Counted from the stretch's first letter, positions 20,458 through 33,402 are shown. The stretch: 64,000 nucleotides of DNA from an uncultured Actinomycetota bacterium (GCA_963772415.1 CAVYWU010000007.1:142716-206715); one strand, 5' to 3'. A program made the numbers and translations. Notes: generated by a model from the letters alone, not told the origin.

Positions 20458-22296
20458 GTGGACGAGCAGAGTAGGACCCGGGCGGGCCGGGCCCCTGAGC
20501 AGGGAAGGCACCAGGCAGATCTCATGGGCGACACCGGCCACACAGGTCAGGCGGGCATCTCGATGACCGGCGCACAGAGTCTCATCACGGCTCTCGAGCA
20601 CGCCGGCGCGGAGAACGTCTTCGGCATCCCTGGCGGGGCGATCCTGCCGGCCTACGACCCGCTCTACGACTCCACCAAGCTCCGCCACATCCTCGTCCGC
20701 CACGAGCAGGGTGCCGGTCACGCGGCCCAGGGGTACGCCGCCGCCACCGGCAAGGTCGGCGTCTGCATGGCCACCTCGGGCCCGGGCGCCACCAACCTGG
20801 TCACGCCGCTGGCCGATGCCCACATGGACAGCGTGCCCCTGGTGGCGGTCACCGGTCAGGTCTCCAGTCGTGCCATCGGCACCGATGCCTTCCAGGAGGC
20901 CGACATCCGCGGCATCACGATGCCGATCACCAAGCACAACTTCCTGGTCACCGACCCCGCCGACATCCCGCGCACGATCGCCGAGGCGTTCTACATCGCC
21001 TCCACCGGCCGGCCCGGTCCAGTGCTCGTCGACGTGGCCAAGGACGCCATGCAGGCGCAGACGTCGTTCGAGTGGCCCACCGAGCTCAGCCTCCCCGGCT
21101 ACCGGCCGGTCACCCGGCCGCACGCCAAGCAGGTCCGCGAGGCGGCCAAGCTCATCCTCGAGGCGAGGCGCCCGGTGCTGTACGTCGGCGGCGGGGTGAT
21201 CCGCGCCAACGCCTCCCGGGAGCTGCGGGTGCTCGCCGAGGCGACCGGGATGCCGGTGCTGACCACACTGATGGCGCGCGGGGCCTTCCCCGACAGTCAC
21301 CCGCAGCACCTCGGCATGCCCGGGATGCACGGCACCGTTGCCGCGGTCGCCGGGCTGCAGCGCAGTGACCTGATCATCAGCCTGGGGGCTCGCTTCGACG
21401 ACCGGGTGACCGGCAACCTCGACTCGTTCGCGCCTCATGCCAAGGTGATCCACGCCGACATCGACCCCGCCGAGATCGGCAAGAACCGGCACGCCGACGT
21501 ACCCATCGTCGGCGACTGCCGCGAGGTCATCGCCGACCTCGTGGTCGCCCTCCAGGCCGAGGCCGACCAGGGGAACCGGGGCGACTACGAGGCGTGGGTG
21601 GAGTTCCTGGCCGGCGTGAAGAAGAACTACCCCCTGGGCTACGACACCCCTGAGGACGGCTCGCTGTCGCCGCAGTACGTCATCGAGCGGCTCGGCAAGA
21701 TCGCCGGCACCGACGCGATCTACACCTCGGGCGTCGGCCAGCACCAGATGTGGGCCGCGCAGTTCATCGGCTACGAGAAGCCCGGCACCTGGATCAACTC
21801 CGGCGGTCTCGGCACGATGGGCTTCTCCGTGCCTGCGGCGATGGGTGCCAAGGTCGGCAGGCCGGATGCGACCGTCTGGTCGATCGACGGCGACGGTTGC
21901 TTCCAGATGACCAACCAGGAGCTGGCCACGTGCTCCATCGAGGGCATCCCGATCAAGGTCGCGATCATCAACAACGAGTCGCTCGGCATGGTCCGCCAGT
22001 GGCAGACGCTGTTCTACAACGAGCGCTACTCCAACACCGACCTCCAGTCCAAGCGGATCCCCGACTTCGTCAAGCTCGCCGACGCCTACGGCTGCGTGGG
22101 TCTGGCGTGCGAGTCGCCTGACGACGTCGACGCCACCATCAACAAGGCCATGGAGATCAACGACGTTCCGGTGGTGGTCGACTTCCGGGTGCATCGCGAC
22201 GCGATGGTGTGGCCGATGGTCGCCGCAGGCACCAGCAACGACGAGATCAAGTTCGCGCGCGACATGGCGCCCGTCTTCGAGGAGGACGACCTGTGA
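20458..22296 (+). CDS. ilvB: Acetolactate synthase large subunit (true start may be 20524 or 20563)
   Basis: [42 protein letters not shown]. Confidence 0.96.
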   Translation: MDEQSRTRAGRAPEQGRHQADLMGDTGHTGQAGISMTGAQSLITALEHAGAENVFGIPGGAILPAYDPLYDSTKLRHILVRHEQGAGHAAQGYAAATGKVGVCMATSGPGATNLVTPLADAHMDSVPLVAVTGQVSSRAIGTDAFQEADIRGITMPITKHNFLVTDPADIPRTIAEAFYIASTGRPGPVLVDVAKDAMQAQTSFEWPTELSLPGYRPVTRPHAKQVREAAKLILEARRPVLYVGGGVIRANASRELRVLAEATGMPVLTTLMARGAFPDSHPQHLGMPGMHGTVAAVAGLQRSDLIISLGARFDDRVTGNLDSFAPHAKVIHADIDPAEIGKNRHADVPIVGDCREVIADLVVALQAEADQGNRGDYEAWVEFLAGVKKNYPLGYDTPEDGSLSPQYVIERLGKIAGTDAIYTSGVGQHQMWAAQFIGYEKPGTWINSGGLGTMGFSVPAAMGAKVGRPDATVWSIDGDGCFQMTNQELATCSIEGIPIKVAIINNESLGMVRQWQTLFYNERYSNTDLQSKRIPDFVKLADAYGCVGLACESPDDVDATINKAMEINDVPVVVDFRVHRDAMVWPMVAAGTSNDEIKFARDMAPVFEEDDL

Positions 22297-22841
22297 GCAG
22301 GCACACGCTGTCGGTCCTGGTGGAGAACAAGCCCGGCGTGCTGGCTCGCGTGGCAGGCCTGTTCAGTCGTCGTGGGTTCAACATCGACTCCCTCGCGGTC
22401 GGTCCGACCGAGCATCCCGAGGTCTCCCGGATGACCATCGTCGTGAGCGTCGACGAGTCCCCGCTGGAGCAGGTCACCAAGCAGCTCAACAAGCTCGTCG
22501 AGGTCATCAAGATCGTCGAGCTCGACGCCGACGCGTCGGTCGCCCGCGAGCTGCTCCTGGTCAAGGTCAAGGCAGACGCCGAGACCCGCGGCAAGGTGCT
22601 CGAGGTGGTCCAGCTGTTCCGGGCCAAGGTCGTCGACGTCGCCACTGACGCGGTGACCGTCCAGATCACCGGAAACGCCGGCAAGCTCGAGGACTTTCTG
22701 CGCGTCGTCGAGCCCTTCGGCGTGCGCGAGCTGGTCCAGTCGGGCATGGTCGCCATCGGTCGCGGCGGCCGCTCGATCTCCGACCGCACCCTGAGGCCGG
22801 TGCCGCTGCCACCCCCGGGCGACGCCCGCCGGCCTGCCTGA
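22293..22841 (+). CDS. ilvN: Acetolactate synthase small subunit
   Basis: [31 protein letters not shown]; GTGA overlap. Confidence 0.96.
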   Translation: MSRHTLSVLVENKPGVLARVAGLFSRRGFNIDSLAVGPTEHPEVSRMTIVVSVDESPLEQVTKQLNKLVEVIKIVELDADASVARELLLVKVKADAETRGKVLEVVQLFRAKVVDVATDAVTVQITGNAGKLEDFLRVVEPFGVRELVQSGMVAIGRGGRSISDRTLRPVPLPPPGDARRPA

Positions 22842-22895
22842 TCCCAACCTCCACCGACACACCGAGAAGAAGCAACCGACGAAGGAGAGCCACCC

Positions 22896-23924
22896 GTGGC
22901 TGAGATGTTCTACGACGACGACGCCGACCTGTCCCTGATCCAGGGTAAGAACGTGGCCGTCATCGGCTATGGCAGCCAGGGCCACGCTCACGCGCTGTCC
23001 CTGCGTGACTCCGGCGTGGACGTCCGCGTCGGCCTGCAGCCCGGCTCAGCGAGCCGCGCCAAGGCCGAGGCCGAGGGTCTTCGCGTCCTGACCCCGGCCG
23101 AGGCGGCCGAGGAGGCCGACGTCGTCGTGATCCTCGCGCCCGACCAGCACCAGCGCAAGCTCTACGCCGAGGAGATCGCCCCCGCCCTCGCGGCCGGCGA
23201 CACCCTCGTGTTCGGGCACGGCTTCAACATCCGCTTCGGCTACATCGAGGCGCCCGCGGGCGTCGACGTGGTGATGATCGCGCCGAAGGGCCCCGGCCAC
23301 CTGGTCCGCCGTGAGTACTCCGAGGGCCGCGGCGTCCCGGTGCTCGTCGCGGTCGAGGAGGACGCCTCGGGGAAGGCCTGGGAGCTCGCGCTGTCCTACG
23401 CCAAGGGGATCGGCGGGCTGCGTGCCGGCGGCATCAAGACCACCTTCACCGAGGAGTGCGAGACCGACCTGTTCGGCGAGCAGGCCGTCCTCTGCGGTGG
23501 AGCCTCGCAGCTGGTGCAGTACGGCTTCGAGACGCTCATCGAGGCCGGCTACCAGCCCGAGGTCGCCTACTTCGAGTGCCTCCACGAGCTCAAGCTCATC
23601 GTCGACCTCATGTATGAGGGTGGCATCGCCAAGCAGCGCTGGTCGGTCTCCGACACCGCGGAGTACGGCGACTACGTCTCCGGCCCGCGCGTCATCGACC
23701 CGAGCGTCAAGGACAACATGCGGGCCGTGCTCGGTGACATCCAGAACGGCGCCTTCGCCAAGCGGTTCATCGACGACCAGGACGCCGGCGCGCCCGAGTT
23801 CAAGGAGCTGCGCGCCAAGGGCGAGCAGCACCCGATCGAGGGCACCGGTCGCGAGCTGCGCAAGCTGATGTCCTGGGTGAAGTCGCACGACTCCGACTAC
23901 ACCGAGGGCACCGCCACCCGCTGA
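22896..23924 (+). CDS. ilvC: Ketol-acid reductoisomerase
   Basis: [26 protein letters not shown]. Confidence 0.97.
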   Translation: MAEMFYDDDADLSLIQGKNVAVIGYGSQGHAHALSLRDSGVDVRVGLQPGSASRAKAEAEGLRVLTPAEAAEEADVVVILAPDQHQRKLYAEEIAPALAAGDTLVFGHGFNIRFGYIEAPAGVDVVMIAPKGPGHLVRREYSEGRGVPVLVAVEEDASGKAWELALSYAKGIGGLRAGGIKTTFTEECETDLFGEQAVLCGGASQLVQYGFETLIEAGYQPEVAYFECLHELKLIVDLMYEGGIAKQRWSVSDTAEYGDYVSGPRVIDPSVKDNMRAVLGDIQNGAFAKRFIDDQDAGAPEFKELRAKGEQHPIEGTGRELRKLMSWVKSHDSDYTEGTATR

Positions 23925-23934
23925 CCCGCCCTCA

Positions 23935-23989
23935 CGAGAGGCCACGTCCCGCACGACACGCCGCCGAGGCGGTGGGAGGTGGCCTCTCG
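23935..23989. repeat. Palindromic intergenic repeat, family B (CGACACGC core)
   Basis: CGAGAGGCCAC...GTGGCCTCTCG arms around GCACGACACGCCG. Confidence 0.6.
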
Positions 23990-24019
23990 CCCTGTCGGGG
24001 GGTGTTGCACGACCCCCGA

Positions 24020-24331
24020 GGAGTCGCCGCCCTGGACGAGCACGTCTGGGTCGCCGCCGAGGACGACCCGGCCGCCGACTGGCTGGTGGGTGGCTCCTAC
24101 CTCGCGGCGCGCCGGGTCAACATGACGATCGAGGTGTGGGACCGGCAGCCGCTCGGCGAGCAGGAGCAGCTCATCGGGCGCACCAAGTCCGAGGGTGCGC
24201 CGCTCTCCGGCGGTGAGGAGTTCGACGAGCCCGACTTCGCGCTCGAGGGTCGCAGCGGCCCGATCGTCCCCGTCGACGCGCATGTGGCGGTGGTCCACCC
24301 CGACCACAACGACGGCGTCCGGATGCTGCGG
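24020..24331 (+). pseudogene. Dyp-type peroxidase (EfeB-like) internal fragment
   Basis: WLVGGSYLAARRV..WDR..EQEQLIGRTK..GAPL..DAHV..MLR; stops before the usual RRGY. Confidence 0.75.
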
Positions 24332-24367
24332 CTCGTGTGCGCGAGCTTCCCGAGTGAACTGTCCCTG

Positions 24368-24425
24368 ACCGCAGGGAACTTCCTACGGGGAGTGGGCGAT
24401 TACCACGGGAACGTGGGAATCGCCC
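24368..24425. repeat. Palindromic intergenic repeat, family A copy 2
   Basis: ACCGCAGGGAACTTCCTACGGG and GGGCGATTACCACGGGAACGTGGGAATCGCCC, matching 15319-15414. Confidence 0.7.
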
Positions 24426-24474
24426 AGGCGCCCAAACCGGGAAGAAACCTCCCGCGCGCACTGTTCTGCCCACC

Positions 24475-25188
24475 ATGCGCATCGAGATCTGGTCCGACGT
24501 GGTCTGCCCGTGGTGCTTCATCGGCAAGCGTCGCCTCGAGGCGGCGCTGGCCGACTTCGCTCACCGCGACGAGGTGGAGGTGGAGTACCGCTCCTTCGAG
24601 CTGGACCCGACGGCGCCCTCCCCGGCCACGGAGCGCACCGAGGCGGTGCTGGCCCGCAAGTACGGCGGCGGCATCGAGGGCGCCCGTGAGATGCAGGCGC
24701 GGGTCACCGAGGTGGCTGCCGGCGTGGGGCTGGAGTACCACCTCGACCAGACGATGCGCGGCAACACCGTGGACGCGCACCGGCTGCTGCACCTCGCGCT
24801 GAGCGAGTCCGGCCCTCAGGTGCAGGCGGAGCTGAAGGAGGCGCTGATGCTCGCCCACTTCACGCACGGCGCCGACGTCACCGACCACGAGGCGCTCAGG
24901 AGGATCGCCACCGACGTCGGTCTCGACCAGACCCGCGTCGATGCTGTCCTCGCAGGGAACGACTTCGCCGAGGCCGTCCGCGGTGACGCCGACCAGGCCC
25001 GCGCCTTCGGGGCCGGCGGAGTGCCGTTCTTCGTCGTCGACCGGAAGTACGCCGTGTCCGGCGCCCAGCCCACCGAGGTGTTCACCGAGCTGCTCGAGCG
25101 TGCCTGGGCGGAGAACCATCCGCAGCTCACGGTGGTGGGCCAGGCGGGGGCGGACGACGAGACCTGCGGGCCGGACGGCTGCGGCTGA
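24475..25188 (+). CDS. DsbA/FrnE-family oxidoreductase
   Basis: WSDVVCPWCFIGKRR; GVPFFV; SGAQP; C-terminal CGPDGC. Confidence 0.92.
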   Translation: MRIEIWSDVVCPWCFIGKRRLEAALADFAHRDEVEVEYRSFELDPTAPSPATERTEAVLARKYGGGIEGAREMQARVTEVAAGVGLEYHLDQTMRGNTVDAHRLLHLALSESGPQVQAELKEALMLAHFTHGADVTDHEALRRIATDVGLDQTRVDAVLAGNDFAEAVRGDADQARAFGAGGVPFFVVDRKYAVSGAQPTEVFTELLERAWAENHPQLTVVGQAGADDETCGPDGCG

Positions 25189-25346
25189 GAGTCCGTCCAG
25201 GACAGAGCCCGGACTGCCCGTCGGCCGTGGTGACCGTCCGGTAGTGTTCTCGGTGGGCACAGCGTCGTGCATCGGCCGGCCCCGCTCCTGATCGGCGGGG
25301 ACGACGGCCACCTCGAGCCGAACACCGTCGAGAACCTCCGAGGACA

Positions 25347-26942
25347 ATGCCCGTGAGCAAGCCCGTCGTACTCATCGCCGAAGAGCTCAGCCCGGCCACC
25401 GTCGACGCGCTCGGCCCCGACTTCGAGATCCGCTACTGCGACGGCGCGGACCGGGTCGAGCTGCTCGGCGCGATCGCTCACGCCGATGCCCTCCTGGTGC
25501 GCTCGGCCACCAAGGTCGACGCGGAGGCACTGGCCGCCGCCGGCCGGCTCAAGATCGTCGCCCGCGCGGGTGTGGGCCTCGACAACGTCGACGTGCGCGC
25601 CGCGACACAGAGCGGCGTGATGGTGGTCAACGCCCCGACGTCCAACATCGTGTCCGCCGCCGAGCTCGCCGTCGCCCTGATGCTCGCCGCCGCGCGGCAC
25701 ATCGGCCCGGCCAACGCCGCGCTCAAGGACGGCGAGTGGAAGCGCAGCCGCTACACGGGAGTCGAGCTCTACGAGAAGACCGTCGGCGTGGTCGGCCTCG
25801 GTCGCATCGGCGTGCTCGTGGCCCAGCGGCTGAGTGCCTTCGGCATGAAGGTGATCGCCTACGACCCCTACGTCCAGGCCGGGCGCGCCGCGCAGATGGG
25901 GGTGCGGCTGGTCAGCCTCGACGAGCTGCTGGAGCACTCCGACTTCATGTCGGTCCACCTGCCCAAGACCCCCGAGACCCTCGGGCTCATCGGCGAGGAG
26001 CAGCTGGCCAAGGCCAAGCCGAGCCTGGTGCTGGTCAACGCCGCCCGCGGCGGCATCGTCGACGAGCACGCGCTCTACCTCGCCCTCAAGGAGGGCCGGG
26101 TCGCGGCCGCGGGCCTCGACGTGTTCGCCAGCGAGCCGTGCACCGACAGCCCGCTCTTCGAGTTCGAGAACGTCGTGGCCACGCCGCACCTGGGGGCCTC
26201 GACCCACGAGGCCCAGGAGAAGGCCGGCATCGCGGTCGCCAAGTCGGTACGGCTCGCGCTCTCCGGCGAGCTGGTCCCCGACGCCGTCAACGTGCAGGGC
26301 GGGGTGATCGCCGAGGACGTCCGTCCCGGAATCCCGCTCACCGAGAAGCTCGGTCGCATCTTCACCGCGCTGACCGGCGAGGTCGCCCAGCAGCTCGACG
26401 TCGAGGTGCGCGGCGAGATCACCCAGTACGACGTCAAGGTGCTCGAGCTGGCGGCTCTCAAGGGCGTGTTCGCCGATGTCGTCGAGGAGCAGGTCTCCTA
26501 CGTCAACGCACCGCTGCTCGCGGCCGAGCGCGGCGTCGCCGTACGCCTGGTCACCGATCCCGAGAGCCCTGACCACCGCAACCTGATCACGCTGCGCGGT
26601 ACCCGCGCCGACGGCACCCAGGTGTCGGTCTCCGGCACCCTCGTCGGCATCTCCCAGAAGGAGCGGCTCGTCGAGGTCGACGGATACGACCTCGACATCG
26701 AGCCGACCGACCACCTCGCCTTCTTCCGCTACGAGGACCGTCCCGGCATGGTCGGCACGGTCGGAGTCATCCTGGGCGAGGCAAGGGTCAACATCGCCGG
26801 CATGCAGGTCGCCCGCGACACCAAGGGCGGCCACGCCCTCGTGGCCCTGTCGGTCGACTCAGCCATCCCGGCCGAGGTGCTGGAGGAGATCCGGGCGTCC
26901 ATGGACGCTGTCTCGGTGCGTGCGGTCGACCTCTCCGGTTGA
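25347..26942 (+). CDS. serA: D-3-phosphoglycerate dehydrogenase (long ASB+ACT type)
   Basis: RAGVGLDNVD, VGLGRIG, PHLGAST, DRPGMVG. Confidence 0.95.
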   Translation: MPVSKPVVLIAEELSPATVDALGPDFEIRYCDGADRVELLGAIAHADALLVRSATKVDAEALAAAGRLKIVARAGVGLDNVDVRAATQSGVMVVNAPTSNIVSAAELAVALMLAAARHIGPANAALKDGEWKRSRYTGVELYEKTVGVVGLGRIGVLVAQRLSAFGMKVIAYDPYVQAGRAAQMGVRLVSLDELLEHSDFMSVHLPKTPETLGLIGEEQLAKAKPSLVLVNAARGGIVDEHALYLALKEGRVAAAGLDVFASEPCTDSPLFEFENVVATPHLGASTHEAQEKAGIAVAKSVRLALSGELVPDAVNVQGGVIAEDVRPGIPLTEKLGRIFTALTGEVAQQLDVEVRGEITQYDVKVLELAALKGVFADVVEEQVSYVNAPLLAAERGVAVRLVTDPESPDHRNLITLRGTRADGTQVSVSGTLVGISQKERLVEVDGYDLDIEPTDHLAFFRYEDRPGMVGTVGVILGEARVNIAGMQVARDTKGGHALVALSVDSAIPAEVLEEIRASMDAVSVRAVDLSG

Positions 26943-26945
26943 TCC

Positions 26946-27000
26946 AGAGGCCGCCTCGCCAACGACACGCCGACAAAGCCGGCGGCGAGCTGGCAGCTCG
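26946..27000. repeat. Family B repeat, diverged copy
   Basis: AGAGGCCGC..ACGACACGCCG..CTGGCAGCTC between convergent genes. Confidence 0.45.
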
Positions 27001-27005
27001 GCGGG

Positions 27006-28544
<1,539 letters not shown>

Positions 28545-28710
28545 GGCGTCCTTTCGCTGGAGGTGGGACGGCTGGGCGGGCTCGTGCGGGCAGATGGATC
28601 GTCGCTGCCCCTGCTGGGTTCTTCGGTCAGCGAGACCGTCCACCTGAGGCTTGAGGAGAATCATCGGACACCGACGTTCCCTGGACGGACGATTCCATGC
28701 GAGTCTCAGG

Positions 28711-29277
28711 TCACCGCTTCGTGGCGATGAGCACTGCTGCGTCCGGAGCCACCATCACCTCGACGGTGGTGAAACGCTCGTCGGTCAGCCACTGCTCGCG
28801 CAGGGTGTCGACGCGGCCCTCGTACACCGGCGGCCACGAGGAGCAGGGCGTGAAGTCGTCCAGGACGACCATGCCGCCCTCCTCGACGAGGTCGATGATC
28901 GTGTCGGCGCCGGCGACCTTGGGCTCGCGCGCATCGAGGAACAGCAGCGAGAACGGGCCTCGGTTGCGCATCGTCGACCAGTCGGCGGCGAGCACCTCGA
29001 CCTGGTCGTCGGACTTGAAGATCTCGCCGGCCGCCTCGGCCAGCTTGGGGTCGAGCTCCGCGGTGAGGATGCTCGCGTCTCCGCGGACGCCGGAGCGCAA
29101 CCAGGCCGTGCCCACGCCGCAGCCGGTGCCGAACTCCGCGAGAGTGCCCTCCCGAGTCGCTGCCAGGGTCGCGAGGAGACGGCCGGTCTCGTTGCGGCAG
29201 AACGACACGTAGCCGCGCTGGCGGGAGACGTCGAAGGCGCGACGCACGATCTCGGGCAGGTCGGGAGGATGACTCAT
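28711..29277 (-). CDS. SAM-dependent methyltransferase (O-methyltransferase-like)
   Basis: EFGTGCGVG, TAELD, LLFLDA, VVLDDF. Confidence 0.82.
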   Translation of the reverse strand: MSHPPDLPEIVRRAFDVSRQRGYVSFCRNETGRLLATLAATREGTLAEFGTGCGVGTAWLRSGVRGDASILTAELDPKLAEAAGEIFKSDDQVEVLAADWSTMRNRGPFSLLFLDAREPKVAGADTIIDLVEEGGMVVLDDFTPCSSWPPVYEGRVDTLREQWLTDERFTTVEVMVAPDAAVLIATKR

Positions 29278-29396
29278 CTGAGTGAGTCTGCCAAACGAGG
29301 AGGGGATGTCCGGTGGGCGATACCCCATCTCACATGATGGAAAGGTCGGGAAAGTCCCCTGCGCCGTCGGCGGGGCGGGGTTACCGTGGACCCATC

Positions 29397-29444
29397 ATGC
29401 GGAGCTTCTTCGTACTTATCAGCCGCCGTGGCGGGGCCTCTTAA
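29397..29444 (+). CDS. Putative leader peptide MRSFFVLISRRGGAS
   Basis: ATG..TAA short ORF with GTA-CTT-ATC (Val-Leu-Ile), resembling the ilvB leader; TACCGT at 29382-29387. Confidence 0.55.
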   Translation: MRSFFVLISRRGGAS

Positions 29445-29722
29445 GTAAGGCCACCTCGCCGCGGAGTTCGGCATGTCTGGCCCTACGAAGATCCTCCGCC
29501 GCGAGCACCGCAGAAGCACAGCTACCGCGAGCTCCTCGAGATCCACCCTCGTCGCACCACGTGATCCGTGGTCCGAGGATCGATCCTCTCGCTGGCAGCG
29601 GAGTCCCTGGAACCTCCAGGAGCATCCTCGGCATCCCGCGTACGGCGCCCGACAGCGCCGACGAGTGCCGGGCCGTCTCCAGCACGAACCACCATCGATC
29701 CACGAACCTTCAGGAGCACACG

Positions 29723-29851
29723 ATGTATGACATGTACCCCGAGTGGGGGCCCAGCCGGCACTACGACACCAGCGGCTCGGAGAGCGACTCGGCCGTCCAG
29801 GTCGGACTCGACCTGCGAGACAACGGCGGCCAGCGGCCCGACGACAACTAG
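29723..29851 (+). CDS. Small acidic protein (42 aa)
   Basis: AGGAG RBS at 29712; MYDMYPEWGPSRHY... Confidence 0.5.
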   Translation: MYDMYPEWGPSRHYDTSGSESDSAVQVGLDLRDNGGQRPDDN

Positions 29852-29872
29852 AGCCAACTAGAGTCGCGCCGC

Positions 29873-30966
29873 ATGAGCCAGACCTTCCAGCTCGCTGTCA
29901 TTCCCGGCGACGGCATCGGTCCGGAGGTGACCGCCGAGGGACTCAAGGTCCTCGAGGCGGTCACCCCGGCCGGGGTCAAGTTCGAGCCCACCCGCTACGA
30001 CCTCGGCGCGGAGCGCTACCTCGCCACCGGTGAGGTGCTGCCCGACTCGGTGCTCGCCGAGATCGCCCAGCACGACGCGATCCTGCTGGGCGCCGTGGGA
30101 GGCAGAGCCGGGTGACCCGAACCTTCCGCCGGGGATCCTCGAGCGGGGGCTGCTGCTCAAGCTGCGTTTCGAGCTCGACCACTACGTCAACCTGCGCCCC
30201 TCCCGGATCTATCCCGGTGCGACCTCGCCGCTGCGCCCCGAGGTGACCCGGGGCGGCGACATCGACTTCGTCGTGGTGCGTGAGGGCACCGAGGGCCCGT
30301 ACGTCGGCAACGGCGGTGCGCTCCGCGTGGGCACCCCGGCAGAGATCGCCACCGAGGTCAGCATCAACACCGCCTTCGGCGTGGAGCGCGTCGTGCGCGA
30401 CGCCTTCGCCCGCGCGCAGAAGCGGCCGCGCCAGAAGCTCACCCTGGTCCACAAGACCAACGTGCTCGTGCACGCCGGCGGGGTCTGGTCGCGGATCGTC
30501 GACGAGGTCGCCCGGGAGTTCCCCGAGGTCGCCGTCGACTATCTCCACGTCGACGCGACGATGATCTTCCTGGCCACCGACCCGGCTCGCTTCGACGTCA
30601 TCGTCACCGACAACCTCTTCGGGGACATCGTCACCGACCTGGCGGCGGCCGTCACCGGCGGCATCGGGCTGGCCCCCAGTGGCAACGTCAACCCCGACCG
30701 GACCACGCCGAGCATGTTCGAGCCGGTGCACGGATCCGCGCCGGACATCGCCGGCCAGCAGAAGGCCGATCCGACGGCGGCGATCCTCTCCGTCGCGTTG
30801 CTGCTCGACCACCTCGGCCTCGACGACGCCGCGCGCGCCGTCGAGCAGGCGGTCGTCGACGGCTCGCCCAGCGAGCGGCGAGCGGGCGGCAGAGCGTGGC
30901 GCGGGGAGTCCAGCGCCGCTGCGCACCTCCGCGATCGGCGACACCGTGGCCGCCCGCCTCGGCTGA
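29873..30966 (+). CDS. leuB: 3-isopropylmalate dehydrogenase, frameshifted
   Basis: [40 protein letters not shown]. Confidence 0.93.
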
Positions 30967-31024
30967 GCGGCGGGACCACACGCGCATGAGCTCTGACCAG
31001 ATCGCCTGCGCTAACGTGCACCGC

Positions 31025-32122
31025 ATGGAGACCTCCTTCGAGATCTCGGTGAACCCGTCGAGCGACCCCGTCGACGACGAGCGGCTTTCCGAGATCCTGG
31101 CCGCACCCGGCTTCGGCACCCACTTCACCGACCACATGTACGTCGCGGAGTGGACTCCCGAGACGGGCTGGCACGACGCGCGCGTCACGGCGTACGCCCC
31201 GCTCACGATCGATCCGGCGACCGCCGTTCTGCACTATGCGCAGGAGATCTTCGAGGGGATGAAGGCCTACCGTCACGACGACGGTTCGGTGTGGACCTTC
31301 CGTCCCGAGGCCAACGCGGCGCGGATGCTGCGCTCGTCGTCCCCGCTTGGCGCTCCCCGAGCTGCCGGTCGCCGAGGCTTCGTCGCCTCCGTTGACGCAC
31401 TCGTCAGTGCCGACGCGCGCTGGGTGCCCGACGCAGCGGGGGAGAAGAGCCTCTACCTGCGCCCGTTCATGTTCGCCTCCGAGGTGTTCCTCGGGGTGCG
31501 CCCGGCCAAGCACGTCACCTACATGGTGATCGCCTCGCCTGCCGGCGCCTACTTCGCCAAGGGCCTCAAGCCGGTGTCGATCTGGCTCAGCGAGACCTAC
31601 ACCCGCGCCGGGCGCGGCGGCATGGGCGCGGCGAAGACCGGCGGCAACTACGCGAGCTCCCTGGTCGCCCAGCAGGAGGCCATCGAGCAGGGGGTGACCA
31701 GGTGGCCTTCCTCGATGCGAGCGAGGGGAAGTACGTCGAGGAGCTCGGCGGGATGAACCTCTACTTCGTCCACGACGACGGCACCATCGTCACCCCGGAG
31801 CTGTCCGGGACGATCTTGGAAGGCATCACCCGCTCCTCGATCATGGAGCTCTGCGGGCGAGCTCGGCCACCAGGTCGAGGAGCGAAGGTTCTCCGTCGAC
31901 GAGTGGCGCGAAGGCGTCGACTCCGGACGGATCACCGAGGTGTTCGCCTGCGGCACGGCAGCGGTGGTCACGCCTGTGGGGACCTTGAAGTGGGACGGAG
32001 GCTCGGTCACCACGGGGGATGAGAAGACCGGGCCGGTGACCAGCGAGGTCAGGCAGAGCCTCGTCGACATCCAGTACGGCCGCACCGACGACACCTTCGG
32101 CTGGATGCACCGCGTCTGCTGA
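31025..32122 (+). CDS. ilvE: Branched-chain amino acid aminotransferase, frameshifted
   Basis: LHYAQEIFEGMKAY, AKTGGNYA, EELGGMN, ILEGITR, FACGTAAV. Confidence 0.93.
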
Positions 32123-32198
32123 CCGCGCGGGCAGGCGGGGCTGTCCGCCGCTGGTGAGCGGGTCAGGGGACGCCGAGCGCTGCACCTACGGTGTTCCC

Positions 32199-33393
32199 AT
32201 GAAGGTCCTGCTCCTGGAGAACATCCATCCGGCCGCCGTCGAGCTCCTCGAGGAGCGTGGCTTCGAGGTCGAGCTGCGCGCCGGCGCTCTCACCGAGGGC
32301 GAGCTGATCGAGTCCCTCGAAGGCGTCGGCCTGCTCGGCATCCGCTCCAACACGACGGTGACCGAGAAGGTGATCGAGGCGCGCGCCCGACCTGGTCGCG
32401 ATCGGCTGCTTCTGCATCGGCACCAACCAGGTCGACCTGGCCGCGGCCGCGGCCCGGGGCGTCGGCGTGTTCAACGCGCCGTACTCCAACACCCGCAGCG
32501 TGGTCGAGCTGGTGATCGGGGAGATCATCGCGCTCGCGCGTCGACTTCCGGAGAAGACGCTGCGGATGCACGAGGGCATCTGGGACAAGTCCGCACGCGG
32601 CAGCCACGAGGTGCGTGGGCGCACCTTGCGGAATCGTCGGCTACGGCAACATCGGCACCCAGCTCTCCAACCTCGCGGAGTCGATGGGCATGCGCGTGGT
32701 GTTCTACGCACCGCCGACCGCCCTGCCCACGGGAACGCCCGCCGGATGGGCTCGCTGGAGGACCTGCTCGCCATCGCCGACGTGGTGAGCCTGCACGTCG
32801 ACGGACGGCCCGGGAATGCCGGGCTCTTCGGCGCCGACCAGTTTGCCGCGATGAAGCCGCGATCGATGTTCATCAACGCCTCGCGCGGGATGGTCGTCGA
32901 CGACCGGTCGCTGCGCGACCACATCCTCGAGGGTCACATCGCGGGGGCAGCCCTCGACGTGTTCCCGGTCGAGCCGAAGGCGCAGGGCGACGAGTTCGAG
33001 TCGGTGCTTCGCGGTCTCGACAACGTGATCCTCACCCCCCACGTCGGCGGCTCGACGCAGGAGGCGCAGGCCGAGATCGGCTGGTTCGTGGCCGGCAAGC
33101 TGGCCGGCTTCACCTTGGAGGGCAGCACCGCGCTGTCGGTGAACCTGCCCTCGGTCGTCGCGCCCCCCCGCGGGTCCGATCACCGGCTCGGCTCTTGCAC
33201 CACAACCTCCCCGGCGTGCTGGCCCAGGTCAACGCGCTCTTCGCCGCCGACGGCGACAACGTCACCGGGCAGCAGATGTCCACTCAGGGCGAGCTCGGGC
33301 TACGTCGTTACCGACGCCTCGGACCCGTTGAGCGAGTCCGCCGTCGAGGAGCTGCGCCGCTCGGAGCACTGCCTCTGGCTGCGCACCTGGTAG
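32199..33393 (+). CDS. serA: Second phosphoglycerate dehydrogenase (short, E. coli-like), frameshifted
   Basis: LLLENIH, FCIGTNQVD, FNAPYSNTRSVVEL, TPHVGGSTQEAQ. Confidence 0.88.
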
Positions 33394-33402
33394 GACAGCC
33401 CG

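Noticed and set aside
17016-26834. Long antisense ORFs (for example 17016..18890, 20338..22194, 24816..26834)
   Set aside because: Shadow ORFs caused by high GC3 on the opposite strand of recognisable genes
29400-29720. T-box or SAM riboswitch
   Set aside because: No T-box UGGNACC bulge or SAM-I/IV core could be recognised by eye
29282-29851. 189-aa ORF across the leuB upstream region
   Set aside because: Atypical codon use, and it starts within 5 nt of the divergent gene start; only the last 42 codons have an RBS
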